From contig JAHDYR010000013.1 in NCBI GenBank assembly GCA_019828565.1, forward strand, positions 1 through 64,000: a stretch of DNA of 64,000 nucleotides. Reading direction: 5' to 3'. This stretch comes from Carpediemonas membranifera BICM. Lineage: Eukaryota; Protista; Fornicata. Shown piece after piece: positions 1 through 9,734 of this stretch. The notes under the pieces are model-generated. The model had not been told where the DNA came from. It saw nothing but the letters and a program-made list of their open reading frames with translations, and did no database searches. Position 1 is the stretch's first letter; each line of letters opens with the position of its first letter. The translations under genes and the position numbers were made by a program.

Positions 1-225
1 TCTTCCTTCCACTGACCACTTGTGCCATGCCACTGACCCATTATTGCCACTTGTGCCAGCCGCAGCCCATTGCCCTGTGTGCCAGCCGCATGCCCATGAC
101 CATGACCTTGCCAGCCGCTGCCACTGACGCATTGCCAGCCACTTGTTGACCGCGGCCGCATTGCGGCCACCCAGCCTGTGCATGCATTGCCACTTGTGCC
201 ATGCCCTTATTGCTGACCCTTGTTA
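1..225. repeat. Degenerate low-complexity minisatellite (TGCCA/TGACC/CACTTGTGCC motifs)
   Basis: Recurrent ccacttgtgcca, tgcca[c/g/t] and ctgacc motifs; no credible ORF. Confidence 0.6.
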
Positions 226-324
226 TTACCTTACCTTACCTTACCTTACCTTACCTTACCTTACCTTACCTTACCTTACCTTACCTTACCTTACCTTACC
301 TTACCTTACCTTACCTTACCTTAC
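226..324 (+). repeat. Perfect (TTACC)n array = (TAAGG)n on the minus strand; telomere-like
   Basis: 19 perfect TTACC units plus TTAC. C-rich strand is on +, as expected for a left chromosome end. Telomeric identity is inference. Confidence 0.85.
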
Positions 325-496
325 AGGGTCGGGTATGACGAGCCCACGTGGGAGCCGGCCTCCAACCTGCGACACGTTGCCGTTGCCCGCGACTATCTCA
401 AGAAGCATAAGCTCAAGCTTAGGGAGGCAGGATGTGACGCGGTCCACTCCCTCTTCTTCCCCGCAGTTTAAGTAAATCGTTCAACGTCCCAGCACA
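325..496 (+). mobile_element. 3' remnant of a chromoviral Ty3/gypsy element: chromodomain C-half, PPT and short putative LTR
   Basis: VGYDEPTWEPASNLRHVAVARDYLKK (chromodomain). Purine tract AGGGAGGCAGGA (421-432) is followed by TGTGAC...ACA (433-496), whose start resembles the minus-strand start of the putative LTR at 7382-7459. Confidence 0.6.
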
Positions 497-578
497 GAGC
501 CCGAGGAGGCCACATGGGAGCCTTGGGGCACGGTTCGATCCTTGGCCGCCCTAGATTCGTACTTCGAAGCTCACGAAG

Positions 579-700
579 TGTGGTTCAATGGGTGTTGAAC
601 TTTTACTGAGGAGAAGACTCGACACAAGGGTGTCGAGGAGAAACTCCTTGACTATTAAATATAACGTAAATCTGTGTAACTTTGGGTAGGACCCACAACA
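579..700 (-). repeat. 3' LTR (122 bp)
   Basis: Identical to 6401-6522. Confidence 0.97.
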
Positions 701-710
701 CTGCCCCTCC
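701..710 (-). promoter_or_regulatory. Polypurine tract (GGAGGGGCAG)
   Basis: Purine-rich tract immediately upstream of the 3' LTR on the element strand. Confidence 0.85.
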
Positions 711-1565
711 ATGCCTGGTATAGGCATGACAGAGAGACTTGACGTCAGCATTTCACCAAAGGCCTGGACGGTGCCACCCGACCGCCAACGGTGACTCATA
801 GGGCTGGCAACCCCATGGCCTGAGTGCTTTCGCATCTAGCTGAACGAAATCAAAATGATGGTATCATGATCTAACTGCGGTACCGCTATGTGAGCTCTGT
901 TTCAAAAATGGTGAAACGTGACGGAAAGGCTTACCACTGCCCCTCCACGGCCTTCCTAGGCCGTCTTCACAAACCTTATACGTGTTATATGCCATTCCAT
1001 GTAATTCGAAGGCCAAGAACGATTGCTCTAGCAAACACTGCCAATGCTGAGCCCTTATCGCTCATAATCACACAGACGCCGAAAAACGTACTTAGAAGCT
1101 CCAATTCGGCTCCGTTGAGGAGTTCTGAGGCTTCTAATTTTCTGCGTCCAACTGTACTTGAATAACAACATCAAACTGACCGGAAGGAGCACTAGGAAGC
1201 TCCTAATGCCTTATTACCGACAATAAATGCATGCTTGAAGACTAAGATGACCTTGTTAGTTGTTCCTTCGACCGTTTCCGAGAAATGTGCAGGATATGTC
1301 GCCGTCAACTCATTTGATGTCGGACAACACAGCCGTAGAGGCCGTTCTGAAGGAAATTCGTGCCAAAAATCACCGAACTTGGTGATGACGATCTGGCTAG
1401 GCCACTTATTGTTGCCCATACGTCCGTTTGTCGTTCCCTTCGCGCTCAGAAGTATCGTGGACGCAAGCGCATGGTCACCGACAATCTGTAAGTAACAAAC
1501 ATCAACCGTGAGGTTATATAGTCACCGCGTGCAAGCCTCAGAACGCATCACTCGCACCCCTGACG

Positions 1566-2402
1566 ATGACGACTCTGATGCCCCACGACATCAAGGCCGA
1601 GGTTGCCCGACGCCTGGAAGGTTACACCAACTCCATCGAGCTGCCGCTCCAGCGAATCTTTGACGCTATTGAGCAAGGTCGTCTGAACGACGCAGCCGTA
1701 GTGCAGGACGTGAAGCTGACCCAGCAGGTCTTGGCTCTCGTGGCTCACTGCCAGGTCGCGCTTGCCGGTGTGAGGGCCCACCTCAAGCTCGGCAAGAAGC
1801 GCTTGACCGATGGCGACATCGTGTCGGCCGCGATCCGGGGCCGCGACATCACGCTGGGTGGGTCTTCACCCGGTAATGGTCACTACTCTGCAGCTCTCGT
1901 GGCGGCTGTGCGGACTGCCGGCGGGGTCAAGTCGGACACTACAGCGCGCGGATATCTTAACCGCCTGTTGGTCCTCGTCCTCGCACCGGACTACTTCCGT
2001 GTCGCTGTCTACGGCATCAGCCGGCGCATCCCGGCTCCCAACGACTTCTGGGCAACCCTGGTCAGCCGCTTGTGCCACGACGGCTACCTGCCCGCCATTG
2101 GCGATGAGGCTCACTGGGAGCCGCTTCAGGTCTCTGATCCGGACCGCTACTACACTGTCACGTGCGTAGTCCGTCACGAGTATCTGAAGACGACTTGTGG
2201 TCCCGGGTCTTTTGTGTTGATCCTGCAGTATGACGGATACTCGGGACTCAGCATCGTGTCCCTCAACGCTGATCTCTGCCTTGTCCGGTGTGTGCGAGAG
2301 TACTTGGCTGAGAACGCCCTTGAGCGCCACGCTGACCCGACTTGGTTGGTCGAGCTGACGGACACGGAGGAGACGGAAGACGAGGAATCTAGCTCTGAAT
2401 AA
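1566..2402 (+). CDS. Antisense accessory ORF inside the Ty3 element (278 aa) with a degenerate chromodomain-like C-terminus
   Basis: Long ATG-initiated ORF with GC3-rich codons, convergent with pol. YYTVTCVVRHEY...LILQYDGYS...LVRCVREYL resembles chromo-fold spacing; acidic tail. Confidence 0.7.
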   Translation: MTTLMPHDIKAEVARRLEGYTNSIELPLQRIFDAIEQGRLNDAAVVQDVKLTQQVLALVAHCQVALAGVRAHLKLGKKRLTDGDIVSAAIRGRDITLGGSSPGNGHYSAALVAAVRTAGGVKSDTTARGYLNRLLVLVLAPDYFRVAVYGISRRIPAPNDFWATLVSRLCHDGYLPAIGDEAHWEPLQVSDPDRYYTVTCVVRHEYLKTTCGPGSFVLILQYDGYSGLSIVSLNADLCLVRCVREYLAENALERHADPTWLVELTDTEETEDEESSSE

Positions 2403-2444
2403 ATCGTTTGTTCCTCGAGGATACAGCTTCGATGTTGAGAAGTT

Positions 2445-3752
2445 TTACAGACCGTCACGCTTGGCTTGGTCAGACTTCAAATATGTATCGAGGGCTTCCA
2501 AATCTTTGACGTGCGAATAAGGTTCGAATGAAGCCTCTGAATCCTCGAATCCGACCCAGTGTACGAGGTACTCGCGCCTTGACTTGGGGCCCGAGCCTCT
2601 AGAGCGTGAGATGCGCTCGACATGCCACTCATCGACGGAAGCGGCTGCGAGGTCATAGATCTGTTGCTCCGAGAGCTTGCCTGGGTCAAATCTTCGCACA
2701 CGTGCCGCGTCTACCTTGATAGTTGGACCGTCCGCTGACTGACTGAGGTCTTGGACCTCATATGCGACGACAACACCATCACGTTTGACGGCTGCGACAC
2801 GCCTCATGGGGCCGCGCCAGCCCGGGGCTAGCTTGCTCGGTGGTCTTGGGTAGTATTTGACCAGCACGAAACGGCTCAATATCTCGCTTCTCGATGAGGT
2901 TGCCTTTGCGAGAGCGTCTTCGCGCATGGCTCTAATCCTTGCTTTGGCGAGTTGGATGGCGGCATCGGCTGCGGCTAGCTTCGACTGTGGCGGACCAGCC
3001 GAGGCGGCATCCGTGATATAGATCGATGACGGTATTGATAAATTGGCGCCAAACATGATCTCGGCCGGAGTCAACCGGGTCGGGATCCTGGGCATTGAGT
3101 TGACCAAGAATTGGGCGACTGGTAGGTGTGCTACCCAATCGTTATTCCTTAACTCCAGCTTCCTGGCTCTGAGGATGCGTTCGACCTCCTTGTTCGCGCG
3201 TTCGACGACACCGTTGCTCTGGGGATGGTATGCTGTCGTTATGTGGACGTCGAACCCCATCTCTTCGGAGAGGCGTTTGAACAGAGCGTTTTTGAACTCT
3301 GAGCCCCCATCCGATTGGACGACTTCGGGGCATCCGTATCGTAGAATCCAGGTGTTGACCAATGCGTTGGCTGCGTCTTTGGCTGAGGTGCTGTTGACCG
3401 GGACTAGCTCTGTCCAGCGGGAGCACATGTCGATCATTACTGTCACGTAGGACAGGCCGTTGACCGTCGGTAGCGGACCCATGGTGTCAATGGCCACACG
3501 CCGGAACGGGAGGTCTACAGCTGTATGCAGGCCGTCGGGCGTATCAACAGGAGGGCGGGCCAAGACTTGGCACTCTGGACACGCGGTAATCACGTCGTCT
3601 ACGACTTGACGGGAGACAGACAAACCGTCGGCCCTAAGTTGCTCGGTTGTCATCCGGCGAGACAGATGAGCTCCTGCTGTGAGATGAGCGCGGGATACCT
3701 GATCCCTCGACGCCTGTTGCATGGAGAATACTCGAGAGACCGTCGGCTCCAC
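2445..3752 (-). CDS. Ty3 integrase plus chromodomain (pol C-terminal part)
   Basis: HHCC (H..H..CPEC), DDE (IDTMG, SDGGSEF, VERAN), GPY/F-like WRGPM, chromodomain EWHVERI...YLVHWVGF...SFEP. Confidence 0.95.
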   Translation of the reverse strand: MEPTVSRVFSMQQASRDQVSRAHLTAGAHLSRRMTTEQLRADGLSVSRQVVDDVITACPECQVLARPPVDTPDGLHTAVDLPFRRVAIDTMGPLPTVNGLSYVTVMIDMCSRWTELVPVNSTSAKDAANALVNTWILRYGCPEVVQSDGGSEFKNALFKRLSEEMGFDVHITTAYHPQSNGVVERANKEVERILRARKLELRNNDWVAHLPVAQFLVNSMPRIPTRLTPAEIMFGANLSIPSSIYITDAASAGPPQSKLAAADAAIQLAKARIRAMREDALAKATSSRSEILSRFVLVKYYPRPPSKLAPGWRGPMRRVAAVKRDGVVVAYEVQDLSQSADGPTIKVDAARVRRFDPGKLSEQQIYDLAAASVDEWHVERISRSRGSGPKSRREYLVHWVGFEDSEASFEPYSHVKDLEALDTYLKSDQAKRDGL

Positions 3753-5060
3753 CGTTGTCCAGACCGGCGATGTGCTGTAGGGTGAAATCTAAATCGGCGA
3801 TCGAATCAGCCCACCGGCGGACCTTGGCGTTGGTGGACCGGTACATATAGAGTAGGTTCCGGTGATCCGTGAGAATAGTAAAGCTCTCCCAGCACAGGAA
3901 CTTGCGCCATCGTTGTAACGCTGCGACGATAGCGTAGGCTTCTTTCTCACCGGTACACCAGCGTGACTGGACGTCGTTGAACGCACGCGACATATAGCAA
4001 ACTGGTCGGCCCTCTTGGAGTAAGACTGCTCCGTACCCGACATCGGATGCGTCAGTCATGACAGTGTGAGGCTTAGTCGCGTCGAACATGGCTAGAGCGT
4101 CGGCCGAACATAAAGCTTGTTTCAGATCGTCCAGCGACTTCTGAAGAACGTCTCGAGGGGGTCTGCCGACCGGACATGGCGTCTAGCAGAGGCTTAGCTC
4201 GGACCGCGAAGTTGGGTATGTAATCGCGGAAATAGTTGAGGAATCCGTTGAGACCCTGCATGCCCTTCGTGGATGAAGACAGCTTGAGGTTCGCGATATC
4301 TTCGGTCCGCTGGGGTGAGATCTTCACGCTGCCTTGGGATATGATCCACCCGAGGAACTCGACCTCTTGCCGACCGAACTGGCACTTATCTCGGCCGAGC
4401 TGAAGGTTAAGCTTGTCAACGCGTTGCATGACTTTTTCGAGGTTTCCCAGGTACTCGTCCTCATCCGCACCCATGACGATGATGTCATCAATGTATATGA
4501 CACAGGCGGAGCCCACCAGACCCTTGAACCCGTCTTCCATCGCCCTCTGGAAGTACGCTCCGGCGTTACGTAAGCCGAAGGGCATCCGTGTATATTGGTA
4601 TTGACCAAAAACAGTACGGAAGGCGGTTAGGTGACGGCACCGTTCAGAAAGAGGGATCTGATGGTATCCTGCTGACAAGTCTAGGGTAGCGAACACAGAC
4701 TTTCCGGACAGTTGAGTGAGAACTTCGTCTATGCGAGGGATGGGGTAGTCGAATGGTTCCGTTAGTTGATTGATCTCGCGGAAGTCGACGACAAAACGCG
4801 TCTTTCCCCCTTCTTTGGAACTATGATGGTAGGGCTCGCGTATTGAGACTGGCATGCCTCGATGTAGCGCTTTGCCAGGAGCGTATTAATGTGCTCTTGA
4901 ATGATCGGGACTTTCGGCGGGGGAACATAGTACGGCCGAATGTGTACGACTCTGTCGCCCTTGAGGACCAAATCATACGGTTCGAGCCGGCTTGGCTCGG
5001 TACGGTCCACGAATGTCCGGGCGTAACGCTTGAGGATGTCGGCCTGCCTCTGAGAAAAAG
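3750..5060 (-). CDS. Ty3 reverse transcriptase and RNase H (frameshifted pieces)
   Basis: LDLSAGYHQI, MPFGL, YIDD; RNase H TDASDVGYGAVLLQ, EKEAYAIV, TDHRNL. The pieces lie in different frames; boundaries are approximate. Confidence 0.93.
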
Positions 5061-6379
5061 GAAGAGGACATGGCTCTGGCTTGCGCGACGTACTTCTCGA
5101 ATGTAGGTGGTTCGTCGCTGGCTGCGAGCTCGCTGGTAGGCTCAGACAACGAAGGGAGAAGGCCGATCTCCACCATCTGAGGGTAACCCAGGCATACATC
5201 GAAAGCGGTCGACAGGACGTAGGCCTTAATAGTGATAGAGCATCCGCGCGGAGTGAATGGCGAGGGCGCTAAGACGAGGCGGAAGGATACCTGACCATCG
5301 GCCTCTCTGACGCCGCCCACTGTCTCGATAAGTGTCTTCTCGTGTGAGATCCACTTCACTGCCTTGCCGTGGCAGAGCTTGGGGTCAATGGTTGCGCAGT
5401 CAGCGCCCGAGTCGAACAGGACGGACACGACTTGCTTAAGAATGCTAGCCTTGACGGAGGGGAGGACACTCTGACGGGAACCGAGAGAAAACACACAACG
5501 AGCTGAATTTACCTCAGAACGGCAGAATTCAGCTCGGTGGCCCGGCTTCTGGCACTTGGAACAGGTTGTCTTCGGAGCAGGGCATCGGCGAGCGGAGTGA
5601 CCGACCTTACCGCAGTTGAAGCACACGAATGGCTTCTTCTCGTGCTTGGGCTTGTCGATCGGCTTGCCTTTTGAGGGGGCTACGTTCGTGCGGTCAGGCT
5701 CGCGTCGATGAGGGTTCTTCGGACCGCTCCCCGTGTGCCGTGTATGGGAGGGCGTGGTGTTGGTACGCTGTGAGTCGGAGACCCCCGCAGCGCCGAAGGA
5801 AGCGATCATCTCCTTGGACTCCTTGAGGTCGCGTGACATGACGAGGACATCAGCCATTGCGTCCTTGAGATCCTTGCGCTCCGTTGATTCTCTGACTCGA
5901 TACATGATGCGACTGTTGTTGGGGAACTTGAAGCAGCGGCTGTACGTCTCCTTCAAGACGTCCTCGGGATCTTCGGGTTGAACGAGCTTCAAGAGCAGAT
6001 TGAATCGGCGGTTCACTCGAGCAACCTCATCAGGCTCGAAGGACTTGGCGGGGACTCGGAAGAGCTGTAGACGCATGCTCGGGCGAGAAGGTCGAAGGGC
6101 AGCACCGAGGCGCTTGAGGACTCGTTCATCTTGGGCTGCGACACGACGTTTCTTACGGAGCTTCGCGGAGAGCAGGAGAGGAGTGTCTTCAACCTCTTCG
6201 TCGTCGTTAAGGCCTGCTAGCTCTGCTATGCTAGGCTCGATGAGGTCAATAACATCATCGCGGCCGCCTAAGGCGCGATGATCGTGGAGGTTATCCGCAA
6301 AGTCCAAAAGAGCGTCCATGGAGGACTTCTTCAGGAGAGGCGGATTCTTCTTCAGGCTTCTGTAAGTTTCCGTACCCAT
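4973..6379 (-). CDS. Ty3 Gag-protease
   Basis: Two CCHC knuckles (CFNCGKVGHSARRC, CSKCQKPGHRAEFC); aspartic protease LFDSGAD. Confidence 0.93.
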   Translation of the reverse strand: MGTETYRSLKKNPPLLKKSSMDALLDFADNLHDHRALGGRDDVIDLIEPSIAELAGLNDDEEVEDTPLLLSAKLRKKRRVAAQDERVLKRLGAALRPSRPSMRLQLFRVPAKSFEPDEVARVNRRFNLLLKLVQPEDPEDVLKETYSRCFKFPNNSRIMYRVRESTERKDLKDAMADVLVMSRDLKESKEMIASFGAAGVSDSQRTNTTPSHTRHTGSGPKNPHRREPDRTNVAPSKGKPIDKPKHEKKPFVCFNCGKVGHSARRCPAPKTTCSKCQKPGHRAEFCRSEVNSARCVFSLGSRQSVLPSVKASILKQVVSVLFDSGADCATIDPKLCHGKAVKWISHEKTLIETVGGVREADGQVSFRLVLAPSPFTPRGCSITIKAYVLSTAFDVCLGYPQMVEIGLLPSLSEPTSELAASDEPPTFEKYVAQARAMSSSFFSEAGRHPQALRPDIRGPYRAKPARTV

Positions 6380-6400
6380 ATGTTTTGGTAGTACTAGTAC

Positions 6401-6522
6401 TGTGGTTCAATGGGTGTTGAACTTTTACTGAGGAGAAGACTCGACACAAGGGTGTCGAGGAGAAACTCCTTGACTATTAAATATAACGTAAATCTGTGTA
6501 ACTTTGGGTAGGACCCACAACA
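6401..6522 (-). repeat. 5' LTR (122 bp)
   Basis: Identical to 579-700; followed on the element strand by the palindrome GTACTAGTAC, with the gag ATG 21 nt from the LTR. Confidence 0.97.
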
Positions 6523-6932
6523 GAAGGTCTTGAAGCCAAGATGAAGCAAGATAGAAGAAAAAGACAGCACATAAAGCACAGATAAAACAGAAAAACCACA
6601 CTCAAACAGTATAAGGCTGCGTTTGACGTACTGATATTGATTACTGAATACAACAGACGCGGGAAAGACAAAAACGTCCAGAACTCGCGAACCAGAAGGA
6701 ATTGGGGCTCCAAAACCCCTTTTTCGAACACTATACGATGAGATAGCCATAAGCTTCAGTAACTGGCACAGAACAACAATTCGGCCATTTCAGTTCCTAA
6801 AACTGCACCAAGTCATCCGGAACAATTGAAAGAAGGAAAAATAGGAGAGACCAGTGCAGCTTATAGCTATCAGTATAGATATAATACTGACCATATTCAC
6901 CACAGAAGGTTTACTCATAAATTCATTCTCGC

Positions 6933-7459
6933 TTAGCCCGGCTTAGGCATCACCTTTCCATAGACGGGACGCAGGTAGGGAACGTTCTCGCGCTTGGCGC
7001 ACTCGCAGCGGAGGTCGTAGTACTCCTTAAAGCTCTGCGAATAGGCTCGGACGTTACCTTGGTGGGAACCCTCCTTATTAAACGGAAGGCCCTTGAGCTT
7101 CTTACGGAGCTCATTGAGGGACACGGGAACAACCTGAGTCCTAAGGAAATCGTTAACATCGTCAGCGCTGATGTCCTCCAGCTTCCGGTCCAGTGTATCG
7201 GTGATCTCGTCCTGGAGATCCTGGGAAAAGAGGGTCGCTACGGGATAGGCCGGATGGCGCGCTAGAAGGATTCGTACCTCGTCGCGGAATCTTGTAATTC
7301 CGGAAGGGCTAAGCTTACCACTATTAAACGTGGGGAAGGAATAGTCGACATCTAAGGTTACCATTGCTCTAGTATTAATACTGTAGGCTTGTAGGCTTAA
7401 GGGAAACGAATATGCATAAAAGCATAAAATGCACCGTGACTATTGAGGACTGGGTCACA
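6933..7459 (-). mobile_element. 5' remnant of a second Ty3 family: putative short LTR (7382-7459), palindromic PBS-position motif, truncated gag-like ORF (6933-7364)
   Basis: TGTGAC...ACA then GTATTAATACT then ATG, the same layout as the full element. Gag identity of the ORF is inferred from position. Confidence 0.6.
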
Positions 7460-7599
7460 GCGTCAACGGCTGCTTGATCGCTGTTCACCTCCAATACGTT
7501 TTTGAATGGGCATCCATTGGCGTTATGACCGGTAACACGGCACCTACTGCATGTTACAGTTCTCGACATCAGCTTCCCATCAAAAAGTTTTTCTCCCAA
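7460..7599 (-). pseudogene. Zinc-knuckle ORF fragment
   Basis: CSRCRVTGHNANGC (CCHC), abutting the putative LTR. Confidence 0.45.
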
Positions 7600-7877
7600 T
7601 CAAACCTCTGGACACTTTTTGATCAAAACTGCAATATTGATTTGTATCATTTATGGCCTGGTCTTGATTGTGATTTGGTCCCGGCTAGTCCGCGGCACCG
7701 ATCAAATCGTATCATTAAAACACTTCAACCTCATTGCTAGCACTCGGCCCCAAAGGCCCGGCACACCAGCCAACCCAGACAAGAATACCCCTCCATTGGC
7801 GTACTGAGATGCCAGCCCACACGGCGATAACCTAGTAGCTTTACTACATGCGTCCAGTTATGGTACTTCACCTCCCT

Positions 7878-9101
7878 TCAGCGGTAACTGGTGACGAACC
7901 CGACGCTGAACACCACAAATAGGAAAATGGCAACACCCGAGCTGATGTTGTAGATGAAGTTGCGGACCGCGATCCTCTTCTTGACCGCAGGAGACCGTAT
8001 CAGAGTCATGGTGTCAGATATAAACCCGGCAAACGAAGACTCGGACCCACAGAAATCTGATATGAACCTCTGGCATATGATGGCGAACAGCCTGGTGTCG
8101 CCGCCCGGGAAGTAGTGTCTGTACAGCAGGATATTATGTGCTGTCCCAATCAGGATACACGAGAGGATGTTCACCCGGAATGTGCCCCAGTGGACGTTGG
8201 ACTTGACCGGATTCGACCCCAAGTACTTGCCGACAAAGGCCCCGGACACGTTCCACATGCATGAGATAAGGAAGGTGTCGACGAGCTCGCGGTTGTCCTT
8301 GGGGGCGCCGGCGATGTACCAAGAGACCGGGATGACGTGGAACAGAATCAGATTGGTCGCGGGGATGACGTAGATCAGCAGAAGGAGTGCTATCTGCCGC
8401 TTCTTCGGCCACGGGCTCACATGCCGGTCCCGCTTGTCGATCTGCACGGCGAGGTGCTCGTTGAGCTTCACCTGGTCGGTCGAGGACAGGTTCCCGAACA
8501 CCCGCCCCTGTCTGGCCCGGACCTGCTGCCGCGCCCCCACGGTGTCCAGGGAAAACATCGCCACGTCCGTCGCCTCGAGGTCCCGGTCCATCTGGAACCT
8601 GAGCCGGCGGTCGTGGTTGTCGAGCTTCTCCAGACTCTCGGCCAGCGACTTTGATGCGGAGGGCTTATACTTGAGTGCGGCCCACCGCCCGATGTAGTAG
8701 ACGAGGAAGGCGAGGACGCAGGTCCCGACAAGGTTCAGGGGTGAGGTCCAGGGGTAGCCGAGGTACAGCAGGCGGTAGGTGTCCTCGATCATGTTGCCGA
8801 ACGTAGTGAATACCGAGCAGAAGGCGCCCGAAGCCGCGGAGTACATGATATACGTCTGGAAGTATTGGTAGCGGACCTCCTCGAACGCCGATATGTAGCC
8901 ATTGATGCCAGCACCTATCACATTTTCAGCAATACTGGTGAGATTCATGTCGAGGAGGTAGATGTTGGGCAGCCAGAAGACAATCGTCGCGGCCAGAAGA
9001 GCCATGCCGAGCTCCCAAATGAAAATAGAAATTTCAGTGAACATACGCTCTGAGAGACCTAATGGAAGGCTCCGGAAGTTCACATTGGCTTTGTCTCCCA
9101 T
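7878..9101 (-). CDS. FEX: Fluoride exporter FEX (tandem Fluc/CrcB domains)
   Basis: Multi-TM protein; GAFCSVFTTF, WGTFRVNILSCILIG and DFCGSESSF motifs. Confidence 0.8.
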   Translation of the reverse strand: MGDKANVNFRSLPLGLSERMFTEISIFIWELGMALLAATIVFWLPNIYLLDMNLTSIAENVIGAGINGYISAFEEVRYQYFQTYIMYSAASGAFCSVFTTFGNMIEDTYRLLYLGYPWTSPLNLVGTCVLAFLVYYIGRWAALKYKPSASKSLAESLEKLDNHDRRLRFQMDRDLEATDVAMFSLDTVGARQQVRARQGRVFGNLSSTDQVKLNEHLAVQIDKRDRHVSPWPKKRQIALLLLIYVIPATNLILFHVIPVSWYIAGAPKDNRELVDTFLISCMWNVSGAFVGKYLGSNPVKSNVHWGTFRVNILSCILIGTAHNILLYRHYFPGGDTRLFAIICQRFISDFCGSESSFAGFISDTMTLIRSPAVKKRIAVRNFIYNISSGVAIFLFVVFSVGFVTSYR

Positions 9102-9290
9102 TCTCTCAGCCGGTCGAGATGATCTTTGTCGAGCAGAATATGACCCAGCCCATTTTCGGGCAGTTGGCACCAACTCCCAGATATATGCACCATGCCAGGC
9201 CGGGACTCGGCATTTAATACGGCTAGGGCTGCGTCCATGCTCTGTTTAGTTTTTTCGTGAAAAAAAGCAGAGACGGGCTTGAAAGGCTTA

Positions 9291-9503
9291 ATGATCATTC
9301 CAGTGCGGTGTTTCACATGCGGCAAGGTTATTGCGAACCTATGGGAGCCATATCAGAGGCTTCTCGCAGAGAACGTCTCCGCTGCGGAAGCTCTTGATCA
9401 GCTTGGCTGCAACCGGTACTGCTGCCGTCGTATGCTCCTCACACATGTCGATCTGATCGACAATTTGCTCGCATACAACATCCACGCTCATGTAGAGCAG
9501 TAG
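9291..9503 (+). CDS. RPB10: RNA polymerase I/II/III shared subunit RPB10
   Basis: [14 protein letters not shown]...[15 protein letters not shown]. Confidence 0.98.
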   Translation: MIIPVRCFTCGKVIANLWEPYQRLLAENVSAAEALDQLGCNRYCCRRMLLTHVDLIDNLLAYNIHAHVEQ

Positions 9504-9734
9504 AATGACCCGCGGATTTGCACTGTATTAAATCGCGCCGTTTCCCCTTGTTGATGTGTGACCGTCTGACGGCGATGAGATGAAAGCACGCATGGTTCTC
9601 AAAACACGCCAGACATGGAAAGCCAGACTCGCCGTCTCCTTCAACCGAAACATGGCGCCAGCCACCTTCCCTGATCAATCCCAGAAGACTCTGCTCGGGA
9701 TGTCAGGCTGCCAATAAACCATAAAGCCAGCAAT

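Larger units (their letters stand above)
579..6522 (-). mobile_element. Full-length chromoviral Ty3/gypsy LTR retrotransposon
   Basis: Identical 122-bp TG...CA LTRs (579-700, 6401-6522); 4-bp TSD GAAG (575-578, 6523-6526); PPT at 701-710; domain order gag-PR-RT-RH-IN-chromodomain. Confidence 0.97.
497..6585 (+). pseudogene. Chromodomain C-terminus of another Ty3 element, split by the insertion at 579-6522 (pieces 497-578 and 6527-6585)
   Basis: Removing the insert and one GAAG restores one frame: EPEEATWEPWGTVRSLAALDSYFEAHEGLEAKMKQDRRKRQHIKHR*. Confidence 0.75.

Noticed and set aside
143-475. ORFs with PYLTL repeats
   Set aside because: They are translations of the TTACC array; only the chromodomain part after 325 is meaningful
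7619-7807. 62-aa hydrophobic ORF
   Set aside because: No ATG start, AT-rich region next to retroelement debris, no recognisable family
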